Virus record (IMG/VR): IMGVR_UViG_3300005805_000046
Coordinates: 89,586-153,585 of that record
From: a virus
DNA: 64,000 bases
Reading direction: 5' to 3' (one strand)
Part shown: piece after piece, positions 45,701-55,600 of the stretch
How the letters are laid out: each line of letters begins with the position of its first letter
How positions within the stretch are numbered: the stretch's first letter is position 1
Notes under the pieces: generated by a model
What the model was told of the DNA's origin: nothing
Seen by the model: the letters and a program-made list of their open reading frames with translations, nothing else
Database searches by the model: none
Translations under genes and position numbers: made by a program

Positions 45701-45985
45701 AGTATTAGTCCTTTACAGCGCACAAATGGTGTATCCAATAGTACCAACGCAACTAATCCAGTGGCTACTATAGATCTATTGGGAGCAAAATTAGACCGAT
45801 TTATTGAGCAATTACAGGCTTCGATACCGCCGGTAATTAAGGTTGAAGGAGAACATCAAGTTAATGTGGTCATCAATGGAGCATCCGTATTACAAAATGT
45901 ATTAAGTGGTCCTATAGGAAACATTGTACAACAAGCTATTCAGTCCGCATTTGATGCAAAGAGCAGAAAAAATGAAGGCAATTAA
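36761..45985 (+). CDS. Tape measure protein (3074 aa) with inserted modules
   Basis: TP901-type core (LAQAGL, VNAVAAKFAV, IATGLRTIFTRI), Ala/Gly/Gln helical tracts, five DTVPA(M/L)LTPGEFV motifs. Confidence 0.88.
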   Translation: MARGFNLTAELNLRGPNNIRPIVANIRRQLSDINVDVGVRVNPNTNRDIASIQQSLTRLNATLQQTQTAATAASNSLANLSRNAAAFNNVANNLPRTLNNATAAANNATNTMRQMNRNTQQAADGFEAFGRQSALAIRRFAAFATVTGLIYKFTNAVGTATSEFIDFNKELVRVAQVTDSSLSQLAPLVKTISALSTGLGVTSRELITVSSTLAQAGLSARDTEKALKALALSSLAPSFDSLNETVEGSIALMRQFGIGAGDLESALGSVNAVAAKFAVEASDLITAIQRTGGVFAAASKGVSEGKDALNEFLAVFTSVRQTTRESAETIATGLRTIFTRIQRADTIDALKEYGVVLTDLTGKFVGPYEAVRRLSEGLSKLDPRDLRFSSIVEELGGFRQIGKVIPLIQQFAVAQQALKVAQQGQASLANDAATAQLSIANRLTKVREEFNALIRSLGESSTFQTFVKLSLDLASALIKLADSAKTVLPALTAIAAFRGAAAITRFGAGFAGGLRRQNAGGPVRGFASGGYVPGTGNSDTVPAMLTPGEFVIRKKAVSAIGVNKLHSINRRSGGGRIQKFSAGGIAKAPMIDDILQTTGAILPRPSSIEQLIKAGGGAVDVDRTVKRTTGDKAYGSAPSPGAKQNVINKYFSNDANRLNDIKSAPLTSFGKALQEAVRSGQLNPRKLSIISKSRRTRGVPEYLSQLFGIPVQNMIFTQGGDKQPAIDAIRSKGPRVDRVKQFSRGGSVQRFANGGLAVLRAKDEMYGGLFAKPPVGKDSDPGKIVSFSGSKLPRYQGSDILAVTGRPAQYFMSSSTDDNFESAASQALKGAAERIAASYNISPNNSADLEQKLTQKIGVKDIAGKMFEGLLAYTSNYFGDGSDSSQGGWDFPKSMSEAQKEGLDKLFGPLARNKDYDAKLSLNDKNLKSLMEKAINSNYVDIDPFRSREEPQGVDDNRLSTVAQKKARIDSLKNIMAEAELKLKDSPEDQDKVIRLLRGRINKIGSNLNKPKKRAASGGNISGEDTVPALLTPGEFVINKKAASRIGASRLHQLNRADRVQGYNKGGAVGRVQRFASGGFPTLLSPALSGLSAKETAKLSSAIMNNVDAFNQLEQQVGTLPVDQMLKAMRIFASKLEGGATDIDRAATEAATLAQSGGGGSRQSRKSRVANAGVVIGPANPTTGINESRPVTNPATPRGFADSQSRLDQISQNVGVYQRGQDVVNRRDTQLGSSSVNMSNAGQQFAAQLSATRTPMQQLAQNLVQLGKAVSSPQAAISSLGQAAKSAAVGLGRSTGGAISRVGGGALNAVGLGRFSSTPGSRSAGGGLGAAFGRMGGAGAMIATMGGGVAIDSLSKSMGGEKTETGRQIASVGSQALNYGAMGASIGSMFGPVGTVLGGVAGAAAGVILGFQDAEKAGKEYAQAQAQAASELASEKSGKSLDTYLGSQTAANRTAFLSDMGSATQAEAKVGAGITGEKASSFGKMLGYKDEDAREVGKRKAKTQQAGADQAEKFLAAEMMRSGKTFSELSRSMNPAEFKMLAGNIAEADETYATIQTMRANEIEKLRSSGRGEEADALQDYANKELAGLANKIAERKLAEEQAAVMAKKEADAKKELVLVTMRAVLSLEKTFGAMDQALNKVSFSLEEAATKREEMLSGRASLSSGNIDKDINILQNPNAYSAADKAGAAARSTAIMGAKTGGFVNRVANFSATARDAALQTANSIQSKGAKGGDVIAQNTEIGAGVSNTLINQIKSTFGSDSAMAQTLINGVKASVEKMVKEAGDSAINPEDLVEAAAGPLMKASEKAGELQIKALQVAQKGLVELGKTAEAVANLQQKQVNRTNNLKEMQRNSSLAFSEALGNTISPQDRIKNRMQAAADRVGMVSGASVSAASLSQQKAKAVQEQQQLQGKIAAQEQAALGGDPAAIRQLGDFQKRLAEVNNTIANTDQELENLPQTLESNLNDLLSEIQKRVGEIEAKKEAGANFAERLVTSTPQELVELNATYKLLTNTLTGHIVTVDRSQAAQKAFSDALATGKTRQEAFADAQSAFANENKKAFSLFNDLMQMSGVKGNQFDRMRADLLVNTARAQGMGLENNPMFKEIIKELRRSPEERAKNDPGVKAMLAQAAVIREEQKKAVQEQNAADRILQNDLLQKTGDAIIKAIQDTKLQIQVAVQNVANGAGGAPPFPPVPAGGRATGGLIYASKGRLINFEPKGTDTVPAMLTPGEFVVNAKATRENLPLLKRINSGSAEGYSKGGLLYARAGANVQQPQFPVTGDNKTDQLVRNNINLTQRANKSIDFGNKKSTDSFKQLHGMESTIYHIWNETDGVIDTLYRFTKEQTKTLGGLIVGSAKALEDQIVDIAFGQVNRLGGIGKGAIGRLEERFDVDTLGRTAQWGFARGGMVYASNGTLVPYEPKGTDTVPAMLTPGEFVVNRSATQKNLPLLQSINNGETNYLAGGGMAVNEISLLRDISNNLRTRAGNINDRKKRNKFILESQTQPAGVRVIEELGAQMDDLGGDRDKYFGITAFNAGRQDKKMIEQKILGKIGQGTAIEQTNNAGESYRTSMLRRSYLQAVNNNVSIAQKILNKDAKGISKYYERNFEKYKGRAVGAEQRSPELFGKGFVERVNKLFDIQESSSDSEDDYIKRAWREIESKKPKLAWDRIKQMMPAARAWSPFDADLPDKDSYLYRGGIVYAANGKKIDRAASIIANEPKALNSYLKLQGKKLGISPTIESVVSYLYKNNINELNRVAKKYPDIQKRLNEIRSSKSQMSPFQTGGMVYASNGKKIDRASSIIANEPKALNSYLKLQGKRLGVPANIDSVVSFLYKNNIKELERAAKQYPDIKKQLDEIRSPKSQASPFALNRGGVVYASNGRLINFQPKGTDTVPAMLTPGEFVVNRKATQQNLPLLQSLNSGHYSSGGQVAYLSAGTPGTAELTNNIKYFTEILKNGADTLSKAFQEAVSQINKANDGMSISPLQRTNGVSNSTNATNPVATIDLLGAKLDRFIEQLQASIPPVIKVEGEHQVNVVINGASVLQNVLSGPIGNIVQQAIQSAFDAKSRKNEGN

Positions 45986-45999
45986 ATAAGGTTAAAATT

Positions 46000-48825
46000 A
46001 TGTCATCACCAATATTTTATAAAGAAAACCTAGGCAACACATCGAATAGTGACGGACTAAATGACTTTCTATTGTCGTCATCGCTGCCATACTCCAAGAG
46101 CCTAGCAACCTTTAAAAATAAGTATATACCTTACTATATTCAACATAATTCTTTGGACCAATGGGAAATAGGCTTAGGAATTGTTATAGATAATCTTGGA
46201 CAAAACGTATTGGTTCGCAGCGGCAACTCTCTTTATCCAGACGCTGTAGTGTATTCTTCTTCTAATAATGATCAGCCGGTAGTTTTTAGTGCTGGATCTA
46301 AAACAGTTAAGTCCGTCATTAGCGAAGAAAGGATAAATCACGGAGGCAATAATTTTGTCTCTTATAATAGTAACTTTACTGCGGACACTGTTCAGACTAC
46401 ATACGGAGTATTGGCTAGCGGATCCCAGGTAACTGCGCAATTGCCTTCTGCTAGCGGAAACCAAAATCTGATTTTATCATTCAGAGTATTGCCCGGCTCG
46501 AACAACAATGTGGTTATATCCGCCTCTGGACTTCAAACAATAGACGGATCAACTAGCGTTAGTTTAACGCCAGCACAAAAATATACTTCATTAATTTCTG
46601 ATGGCGCAACATGGTATCAGCTAAATAGAGAAGTAGAAGTCGATGCTGCTGGTATGCCCATCGGTTCTGCTGGTAATATACAGTTTAAAACTTCATCCAC
46701 AGAGTTTGGGGGAACCAGTTCGCTACATTGGGATCAAACAGGTCAAAAGCTCCTTGTTGGAGGAGAAACAACCTCTACCTCTAATATTATACTTCCGGCC
46801 AGCAGTGGACAGAATTTTATTATTAATAACAAAGCATATGATTCGGACTTCCAGGTAAAAGGCACAGGAAATAACCAATTATTCTTTGATGCTTCGTCCG
46901 GCAGGCTTGGTCTTAATACCTCCACACCATCTACAATTTTACATATTGTTGGCAAGTGCGCTAATGACACTATGAGGCTCGAAAGCTCAGCATCCTGCCC
47001 AACAGGAGTAGCTTTGACTCTATATCACAATCCGTCTAATGGTTCTCAGGTTGGTGATTATCCAGCAACCATTAGTTTGGCTGGTCGCAATAGCAATGGA
47101 CAGCAGATCAATTATGCTCAGATCAGAAGTAGAATCCTAGGTACAGACATTAATTCTACAAGTGGAGAGCTATTTTTTAGTGTTGACGTTTCTGGCGTGT
47201 CAACAAATATATTAACAACCAATCCTAAAAACACCACAATAGGCTTAGGAGCATCTAGCACAAATAATAACAATATTACTATTGGCAGTCTAGCAAGAAA
47301 TAGTGGTACAAATAATGTTCTTATAGGTCATTCTTCATATGTGTCCGGTGTTTCTTCTGCTGATAATATGCTTCTTGGTCATAGTACTAACTATAGTGGT
47401 TCTGGTAGCTTAGTGGCTTCGCATGGATCCTCTATTGCTGGATCAAGAGCTTTTATTTTAGGCAGACTAAATACAATTTCGGCTAGCGATTCCGTTTTTG
47501 TCGGATCATCTATTAATGCTTCTGGATCTTTTTTGAATATTAATGGTTTTTCTAACTCGACCAGCGGAACCTATTTGTCTGTTGCTGGCAGTAATAATGG
47601 TATTACTACATCGACATCTGGTATCGTATATGGATTTGCAAATACTATCAGCAACAACAGTAGCGGTATTGTGGTTGGATTGAGTAACAATATATCTGGT
47701 TCTGGCAATATCATACACGCTAATCAAAGCACAGTAACTGGAACAAGCAATAGATTAATTGGTAATGCTGCATCTGTATCTGGTAATTTTAACTTATCTT
47801 TTGGCTCAAATAATACCGCAACGGGTAATAATAATACAATTTTAGGAGACCAGTCCACTTTTGTTGGTAATAGCGGTATTTTGATAGGTAGAAATCTTAG
47901 CTCTACAGCTAACAATTCCGTTATAATCGGTATCGGATCCCCAGATATTGTTATCTCATCTGGCGGAGTTACACTAAACTCTGGTTTAAGAGTTGCTGAT
48001 ATCAATATTTTTGGAGGTACCGCTAATTCGGGTTTATTTTATAGAAATAATAGACTCGGCATTAATATGGTACCTAATAATTATGTTTTAGACGTTAGCG
48101 GATCCATTAGAGGAGACAGTATTTTTGTTGGAGCCTTAAGGATTGGTTCCTCTTCTACAAACGGTTCTGTTTTGGTTTCGGATTCTTTAGGCAATGCTTC
48201 CTGGCAGCCGGCCAGCTCACTGCAACAAGATATTACCTCGGGACTGGTCACCAACAGCCTTGTTTTTTATAATGGATCTAATTTAGCTTCTACTACCGGC
48301 CTTAATTGGAGTTCATCTAGCGGTGTCTTGTTCACCACTAATTCTAATACTATTATCCCAACAGGCAATAGCACTTTAATAGTAAACAATAACAACTCTC
48401 CTATTGGTAATGCTTTTAATGTTAAGGGTAGCGGACAAAATAATTTGTTTGTAGTAAACGCTGCAAATAATGCCATAGGCATAAATACACCAGGTCCATC
48501 ATACAATCTTCACTCATCGGGGACCGCCAGATTTTATAAAGATAGTTTATATTTTGTTGAAAAAAACGACAATCAATTTATCTTTGCTTATGATATTGGT
48601 CCTTCTAGTCCAAATAGGTTGTCAATTACATCTTCTGGCGTTATTATAGATCAAACCGTTGCAGGAACAGTATTTCCTGCTCACTCATACACAACAACGT
48701 ATCCAACCAAAACAACAGCAGACGTAGCAAAGGTAGTTGTATGGGACAACAGCGACAACAAGCTCAAGCATACTACAACTATTACGGCGGGTTTTGATTC
48801 TTTCAACGGTTCTTCAGACTCATAG
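46000..48825 (+). CDS. Tail fibre / adhesin-like protein
   Basis: G/S/N-rich with short IG..N beta repeats and GRLGLNT..P..LHI motifs. Confidence 0.65.
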   Translation: MSSPIFYKENLGNTSNSDGLNDFLLSSSLPYSKSLATFKNKYIPYYIQHNSLDQWEIGLGIVIDNLGQNVLVRSGNSLYPDAVVYSSSNNDQPVVFSAGSKTVKSVISEERINHGGNNFVSYNSNFTADTVQTTYGVLASGSQVTAQLPSASGNQNLILSFRVLPGSNNNVVISASGLQTIDGSTSVSLTPAQKYTSLISDGATWYQLNREVEVDAAGMPIGSAGNIQFKTSSTEFGGTSSLHWDQTGQKLLVGGETTSTSNIILPASSGQNFIINNKAYDSDFQVKGTGNNQLFFDASSGRLGLNTSTPSTILHIVGKCANDTMRLESSASCPTGVALTLYHNPSNGSQVGDYPATISLAGRNSNGQQINYAQIRSRILGTDINSTSGELFFSVDVSGVSTNILTTNPKNTTIGLGASSTNNNNITIGSLARNSGTNNVLIGHSSYVSGVSSADNMLLGHSTNYSGSGSLVASHGSSIAGSRAFILGRLNTISASDSVFVGSSINASGSFLNINGFSNSTSGTYLSVAGSNNGITTSTSGIVYGFANTISNNSSGIVVGLSNNISGSGNIIHANQSTVTGTSNRLIGNAASVSGNFNLSFGSNNTATGNNNTILGDQSTFVGNSGILIGRNLSSTANNSVIIGIGSPDIVISSGGVTLNSGLRVADINIFGGTANSGLFYRNNRLGINMVPNNYVLDVSGSIRGDSIFVGALRIGSSSTNGSVLVSDSLGNASWQPASSLQQDITSGLVTNSLVFYNGSNLASTTGLNWSSSSGVLFTTNSNTIIPTGNSTLIVNNNNSPIGNAFNVKGSGQNNLFVVNAANNAIGINTPGPSYNLHSSGTARFYKDSLYFVEKNDNQFIFAYDIGPSSPNRLSITSSGVIIDQTVAGTVFPAHSYTTTYPTKTTADVAKVVVWDNSDNKLKHTTTITAGFDSFNGSSDS

Positions 48826-48836
48826 GAATTTAATTT

Positions 48837-50180
48837 ATGTCTAAATATTTACACAGAACAAGTAGATCCGGAAGCGCTGCTCCATCGGTTTCAGAGATAG
48901 ATGTTGGAGAAATTAGTATTAATGCTGGAACTCTCGGTTCTGCGAGTTCTGGATTTAATAATGGTAGGCTTTACATTAAATTAGATAATGGAGAAATTAA
49001 AAGATTTATTGGTCTTGGACTTCCAGGAACCACAGATGCGGCTTTTAAGGTTAAGTATGGAGGTACAAATAATACATTCTCCACATCCACAGCTTCTGCT
49101 AATACGCTAGGGAGATCTCTTACTTATTTCAATCATAGTGGAGCTGGCGATCATTCTATAGATAAAACAGCTAATGATACACTAACATGGGACCCAAGTA
49201 ATAATAGACTAAAGGTTGGACCAGCATCATCAACAGCTGCCCAAGCCACATTAGATGTAAATGGTAATGTTAGAATACAGACCATAAATAATTTTACTAG
49301 TACATTTAACTCTGCTTTTAGTATTCTTGGCTGGGGATCTACAGACTATAATCTATACTCAATCCCCTCTAATTCTTTTTTAGGCTATATAACAGACAAT
49401 AGTTTGCCACAATCTAAAATCTCGGGAGTGGTAACAGTGTCCAAAGGTGGTACAGGAACTAATATAGGATCGGATATACCGGTACCGACTAATGGCTCTG
49501 TATTTTTTTACAATACTACGAATTCTAGATTTGATGCTGACAACGACTTTAGGTGGGACTCTAGTGCTAATAGGCTGTTTATTACCGGCTCTGTAGAATT
49601 TGCGGCTCCGGTAGATAGTACAGAAGCAGCGACTCCTTTGGGTCTTGATGCGTCAAATAGAATTGTGAAACTTACTCCAACAAATACATATAGTGCTGCT
49701 TTTCAAAAAGTGCAGGTCGGCTCAACTACAATTACCGCTAATTCTAATGCTGGTACTCTTACGCTACAAGCCGGAGCGGGAATTAGTATAACTCCAAATT
49801 CGGCTACGGACACAGTGATTATTGCCAACACTGGTGGAGGCACAGGAGGTGGGTCCGCAACGCTACCACTAGTAAATGCTGTTGGAATGAGTTCCGATAT
49901 CACTCTCACGTATATAGATAAAAAATATCAGTTTTTAACCCCAGGCGCTACATATAATATTATTTTAGATCCGACAGGAGCATCCGAAGGACTAGAGTTT
50001 TTTATTAGAAATATGGACAGCGTAAATTCTTATCAGTTGCTTGTTTATAATGGTTCTGTTGGCAGTTCGAATCTACTTGGTACATTGTACTATTCTGGAG
50101 GATGGAGTACTGTTAGAAACTCCTTTGGGGCTTTCGTATTTGACGGTACTAACTGGCGACTAGCATTTATAGGAGCATAA
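48837..50180 (+). CDS. Tail fibre protein
   Basis: N-terminal P....VGEISIN..GRLYIK motif; VSKGGTG; FRWD...NRL repeats. Confidence 0.65.
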   Translation: MSKYLHRTSRSGSAAPSVSEIDVGEISINAGTLGSASSGFNNGRLYIKLDNGEIKRFIGLGLPGTTDAAFKVKYGGTNNTFSTSTASANTLGRSLTYFNHSGAGDHSIDKTANDTLTWDPSNNRLKVGPASSTAAQATLDVNGNVRIQTINNFTSTFNSAFSILGWGSTDYNLYSIPSNSFLGYITDNSLPQSKISGVVTVSKGGTGTNIGSDIPVPTNGSVFFYNTTNSRFDADNDFRWDSSANRLFITGSVEFAAPVDSTEAATPLGLDASNRIVKLTPTNTYSAAFQKVQVGSTTITANSNAGTLTLQAGAGISITPNSATDTVIIANTGGGTGGGSATLPLVNAVGMSSDITLTYIDKKYQFLTPGATYNIILDPTGASEGLEFFIRNMDSVNSYQLLVYNGSVGSSNLLGTLYYSGGWSTVRNSFGAFVFDGTNWRLAFIGA

Positions 50181-50183
50181 TTA

Positions 50184-50783
50184 GTGCAAAACTTTAAGTT
50201 TGTTTATAACTACTATATTTGTAATTCTACGTTACTCGTTGCTGAAAACCATAAAGCCGCCAGCACCAGTATCGCTAAGGCTATATTAAAAAAATATTAC
50301 CCTAGCCTATATGCTGGTATGCAAAGTAATCCTACTATTACTTTTAGAGATTATCATAATAGAGCGCCAAAAACTGATTCTTGTATTGGTAAAGATGTGG
50401 TAACCGTAATTAGAGACCCAATAGATAGGTTTGTATCATTAGTTAGTTTTATGAATTTGTCTTCTAGTATTGATACTATTTTAGACCAACTGATGGATCT
50501 AAATGATCCTAAGAACATACCAGAATTCCAAACCATACATGGACACGCGGCGCTGAACCATATATTTCATCCCCAGATCGAGATAGGGAAAGAAGCCAAT
50601 AAAGTATCTTACTTTAAGTATCCTGATGGTCTAGAAGATTTTTGTAAAGCAATATGGATAGATGCTCCTTTGGAAGAGTTAAATGTTAGCAATAAAATTA
50701 AGCCAATATTAACAGATGACCAAATAGAAAAATTATCTATTATATATAATAAAGATTTAGAACTATACGATAGTTTGTCTTAA
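50184..50783 (+). CDS. Sulfotransferase-family protein
   Basis: PAPS-binding-like motifs HKAASTSI and VIRDPIDRFVS, plus H..PQ. Confidence 0.7.
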   Translation: MQNFKFVYNYYICNSTLLVAENHKAASTSIAKAILKKYYPSLYAGMQSNPTITFRDYHNRAPKTDSCIGKDVVTVIRDPIDRFVSLVSFMNLSSSIDTILDQLMDLNDPKNIPEFQTIHGHAALNHIFHPQIEIGKEANKVSYFKYPDGLEDFCKAIWIDAPLEELNVSNKIKPILTDDQIEKLSIIYNKDLELYDSLS

Positions 50784-50801
50784 TAATAAGGAATAGGCAC
50801 T

Positions 50802-52595
50802 ATGATAGGAGTTAGACTAAGATACGGAGCATCGTTTTTTGATGTTCAGACTAATTTAATAGCTAAAGGGAAAGCTCCCGTTCCTTTAATAACTGTCGGT
50901 ACTTCTGCTAATTTAGATGTCGATAAAAATATCTTGTCTTTTGGATCAACTATTGATCTAGACGGTACTATTATAGGCTCGGGTATCTCAGATTGCTTAT
51001 CCGCATATAGCGGCATAGTGGATTACTTCTCGGATCCCAAAAAACAAGGTAAAACTTTTGAGATTTTATGCGACGATAAAATTTTGGCTTCTTACAGTGG
51101 AACATTTTTTAAGTCTTCGAATGCTGATCAGAGCAGCAATAACTGGGCCGCTACTATCCCATATAAAGTATCTCTGGAAGGAGATACCCCGGTAGGTTCG
51201 GGTTTAATAGAATCGTTTGAAGACAATTGGACTATAGAACCTATAGAAGAAGCATACTACTTTGATTATACAAAAACCGCCCCGTTGCTAGAGTTCGCGT
51301 CCAATGCTTCAGCGGGCGTCGCCGACAACCCACCAGCCCAAACGGACCTGTCCGCATCGTCTTCAAGCATTAGTATTAAAAACTTTCTACAGTATAGAAT
51401 TACACACAGAATAAGCGCCGTTGGAAAAGCTATAGACAGAACAAATACCAACAACCCTATCCCCGGTGGAGGAGCTAACACAGATAATTTGAAAAGTTCT
51501 GCATATATGGAAGCCTCTAAGTGGGTAGCAGATAGAGCCAGCAACTCATACGCTCCGACTTCTTCCACTACCCCCACAGGTATCCGGGTTTTTAATGATA
51601 CTAGTGCTAATGGATTAAGACTCTATAATCACATGAGAAGCGTGGAATCTAATGTCTCTGCTGGTTCATATTCTATTACTGATACCTGGTTAGCTGTTGC
51701 TACTGGCGTATCTTTTTTAGAAGATTTTTCTTGGGAGATCTCAACTGACGATAAGCTTATAAAAACTGTTACGCTTAATGGCACAATAAAAGGACTGGAA
51801 GACACCACAAGCGCAGGGGCTGCTGGATATGTAGTATTTCCAAGCGGTGGTTCATTAACTGGCAATATTGCTAAAAGTTTTATGAACTCATTTCCAGGAC
51901 AGACGGCAACAAACAATAGATTTAATTTGGCTATTAGTGGATACCAAAGCGGAGTAAAGCCTTTTCTTTACGAAAGAGCTTCTTTAGCACTTGTTTCGGT
52001 TGATCGTCCTCCAGCAAGGTCACAATCAAACAGACCAGTAGCATGGATCGGGCCAGCACAATGGCCAAGATTAAATATAACGCCTATTAATTATACTGAA
52101 ACTTTGAATCCGGCGGCCGGAACCGTAACCTATAGCGTTGCGTATAGTAATAAACCCGCACCACTTATATCGGGCTCGCTAACCAGTTCAATGACCGTAT
52201 CGGACACGAACCCATCAGAACAGGTTGCAGAAATTTTCGTTCTTGGTAGACCGCTTGGACCTGTTTTAGAAAAGGTAGGAACAACTAAATCGGAAAGACG
52301 AGTATCTTTAGAGGCGGTATTCCCTATTCCGACAGGATACAACCAGATGCACCCAAACTCTCCGCAGTGCGTAATTCATAAAGATAATCCACAATATATA
52401 CAACTTAAACAGTTAATAGAATCTTTTAAGCCAATTTCTCCGAATGCTTTTGCTTCTTTAACAGCTACTAGTCCTTACGGTATAGCGAATCAAGGACAAG
52501 TATTTAAGACAGCGGACGGAACGTCTTGGAATCCTTTTGAGGGTAGATTTACTTGGGATATAACTTGGATATTTAATACTGGTGTATGTAGTTAG
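50802..52595 (+). CDS. Tail tip / distal tail-like structural protein
   Basis: Beta-rich 597-aa protein in the tail module. Confidence 0.5.
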   Translation: MIGVRLRYGASFFDVQTNLIAKGKAPVPLITVGTSANLDVDKNILSFGSTIDLDGTIIGSGISDCLSAYSGIVDYFSDPKKQGKTFEILCDDKILASYSGTFFKSSNADQSSNNWAATIPYKVSLEGDTPVGSGLIESFEDNWTIEPIEEAYYFDYTKTAPLLEFASNASAGVADNPPAQTDLSASSSSISIKNFLQYRITHRISAVGKAIDRTNTNNPIPGGGANTDNLKSSAYMEASKWVADRASNSYAPTSSTTPTGIRVFNDTSANGLRLYNHMRSVESNVSAGSYSITDTWLAVATGVSFLEDFSWEISTDDKLIKTVTLNGTIKGLEDTTSAGAAGYVVFPSGGSLTGNIAKSFMNSFPGQTATNNRFNLAISGYQSGVKPFLYERASLALVSVDRPPARSQSNRPVAWIGPAQWPRLNITPINYTETLNPAAGTVTYSVAYSNKPAPLISGSLTSSMTVSDTNPSEQVAEIFVLGRPLGPVLEKVGTTKSERRVSLEAVFPIPTGYNQMHPNSPQCVIHKDNPQYIQLKQLIESFKPISPNAFASLTATSPYGIANQGQVFKTADGTSWNPFEGRFTWDITWIFNTGVCS

Positions 52596-52609
52596 ATAAG
52601 GAGCTAGGA

Positions 52610-55600
52610 ATGACGTCGTGTAGTACTCAGTTTATAAAAACAGGAACAAAAGGAGGATCGTCTCAAACAACAGAAGTTTGTTGTTCTAAGGTTTATAGTC
52701 AAACGCTATTTCTTGGATGTAGCGTACAATCGTTTAATGCTTCTTTGGGCTGGGGAGGAGAAGCAAGTAGATTGACGGTGGAACTGGTTAGAGATCAGTG
52801 TAATTATCCGTCTATGAGAGATGCGACTGGAGCAGTAATATCCGTATCGGAAGCAGACGACGCGTATACTAATGATAGAAAGAACAATACACTACCAAAA
52901 GATGAAAATGGTAATTCTATAATTCCTGGTAAAGTATACTACGTGCCTTCTGGAAATAAACTTGTTTCTAAATATTGGACCGGTGCTGATCCTGGGTTTT
53001 ATGCTGATTTACCACCAGTGAATGGAGTAGATAGTAATAGCATAGATATTATAGGATGTGCTGTTTATTTTAAATATGACGATTTCGAATTTAATGGCGT
53101 TGTTAAGTCTTGGGAAAATACCGGAGGTACAGGAGGAACAAAGACATATAGTGTTTCTATAGAGTCCCCAGCATTTTTATTAAGTCAAACTCAAGTTATT
53201 CTTGGTGATTATATTGGGGCTATATCTGTCAAGGGAGTAGCTCCCAATTTTCCTAATCACTCTTTTCCTGCCTATCAGTCTGGAACTTATGTTGGAGATA
53301 TAGCCAATCAGACTATTCCTAATGTTATTAACGTCTACGGGTATTTGGAAGATATCACAAATGTTACAACTGGACTACCGGTAGATGACAACGATGTGCC
53401 AATATATGGCTATGGATCTTCTGGCAGAAACGATGAAGGTATACAGGCGATCAATATACTTAGCGGATTAAATGATTTGCTGGGTAGTCCAGATGTTTTT
53501 AATCCACCAAAAACTAAAGTATTAAGATACTCACCATTTGGTAGAATTATTGGGATAGCCCCAAAAACCAAGCATGCTGTAGATGATATAGCTTTTTCGC
53601 CAGCATATAGTATGGGCTTAATACCTCCGCATGTATTCCCTCCAACTTCTCAAACAAGAATGGGATACTCAATAGATATTTCAGAGATTATAGGGAATGG
53701 GATTATACCGCCATTCTACAGACTATCGGACAATAAGCTAAGCGTGTTAGAGATAATACAAAATATATGCGATAACACCGGACAAGAATTATTTATTAGT
53801 CTAGAATTACAGATTATTAACGGTATTATATATCCTAGAATAAAAGTCAATACATTCTCTACCCTTGCCCAGCCCCCCGCCGGAGCGGTACAATCATATA
53901 TCAGCACGCTGGCGAGTCGTGGAACTATTGTGTCTTCATATAGCAAGGGAGAGGAATTCAATAATACCAAACCAGTAAGAACAATGTTGATTGGCGGTAA
54001 GCAACAAAGACTCTATCAGGTTAAGAACAGTAAGTATGCGGCCAAACAAAGCACTCTTAGATATAATCCATATACTAATGTTTTTATGCAAATCAATCAC
54101 TACGGAGGTGTTGCACAACAGTATAGACTCGTCGATCCCACAAATATTAGATGTCCCGGACTTTATCAAGCAGTAACCTCGGCATATAGTTTTGGTAGAG
54201 TTCCTTTATATGCCAATAAAACCTCTCAGCGGGATTTGTGGGGCGCTTCTATAGATAGAGGTAATTACTTTGCTCCAATGAATGTCTCACCGATTGGCGC
54301 TGGAACATTTTCTCCTGGCGGCTCAGACTACCCTGCCTCAGATTCTGATGCAATATGTCCCTTTTTTGGTAAGGATGACTTAACAGGGGTTGTCAGGCCC
54401 GTTTTTTCTCACTACGGTAAAACAGCGAACGGTACGCCGTCCGGAGGCGGAGGCGTTGGATTTTTAGTGGGATTTAGCTCAACAGAGATTGGCGCCGCTA
54501 TTGGTCGAAATTTTTCTTTTAATGACAGAGTAAGAGTAAGCGAGACAGAAATCAGAGCCGCAATGAGCGGATTTGATGCTTATGTTGGTTTCATTGGCGG
54601 GGTTGTTGGAGAACTCAACGGATCTGGTCTAGATATATGGACAAAGATACTTGGTCCTATATTAGGACCTAATGCTCTTAGAACGATGATGCAGGGTATC
54701 GGCTCTACATTCAATAAGTATACAAATTCCCAATCCGGCAGTAACACTGTTCCGATGAATGCTAGGTCCTCAATTATGACCGATCCTTCGGTATTTGAGA
54801 TTCTTACAAAACTACAGGAATATTTTAAAAAAATTGGCGATGAATTTTATGGAAAAAAGTTTATGGTTAGTATACCTACTCCAAGCGTTGGTAGATGGTT
54901 TTGGACAGACTCTCAGCCGTTCGAAGCGAGTATTGTCATAGGACAAACATTATCCGGACAGCCCATCTATTTATCACAGGGCTCCCAAAAAACATATTAT
55001 GCCTATGAGCCTACAGACTCTGCGTGGGAAGAGCCGTTTAACTGGATAGATGACACACTACTTGTTGGTAATGCAGAAATGGACGCTCTTACCAAAGAAG
55101 ATGGCTCTATAGAGCCCATCTTAGGCTATAATAACTCCGCTCAGTATAATTATCCTAGAGCTCTTAATCAAATGATGTTTGATTGGATAAAAAATCAATC
55201 CACAGCTAATCAACTATCGGAATTCTGGAAATTTGATGCATATAGGGCTGCTGGGATAGCTTCTCCTTCGTTTAATTTATGGGAGCCATCATTAATATTA
55301 AATGATTCAGATAAACTCATTAAGAGCTATGCGTTACCCATGGCGGACGCTTTTGGTCAGACTATTCCTCAAGGCTATGTGAGCAAGGTTTATGTTAAAG
55401 CTACTGTAGATAAGCAATTCTATCCTCATGTTACTCAAACGGGGAAAATTGTGGCTAAGATTATTATCTCAGCAGATCCTGTATTTATTAACCCAATGAA
55501 TCCAGACGCTCATTCAGTACAGACAGCACTCGCTGAGTTTTTGCATGAAGACTACGCGAACTATAGCTCCGCTTTGGCTGCCAGGTCTAGGAAAATTCTA

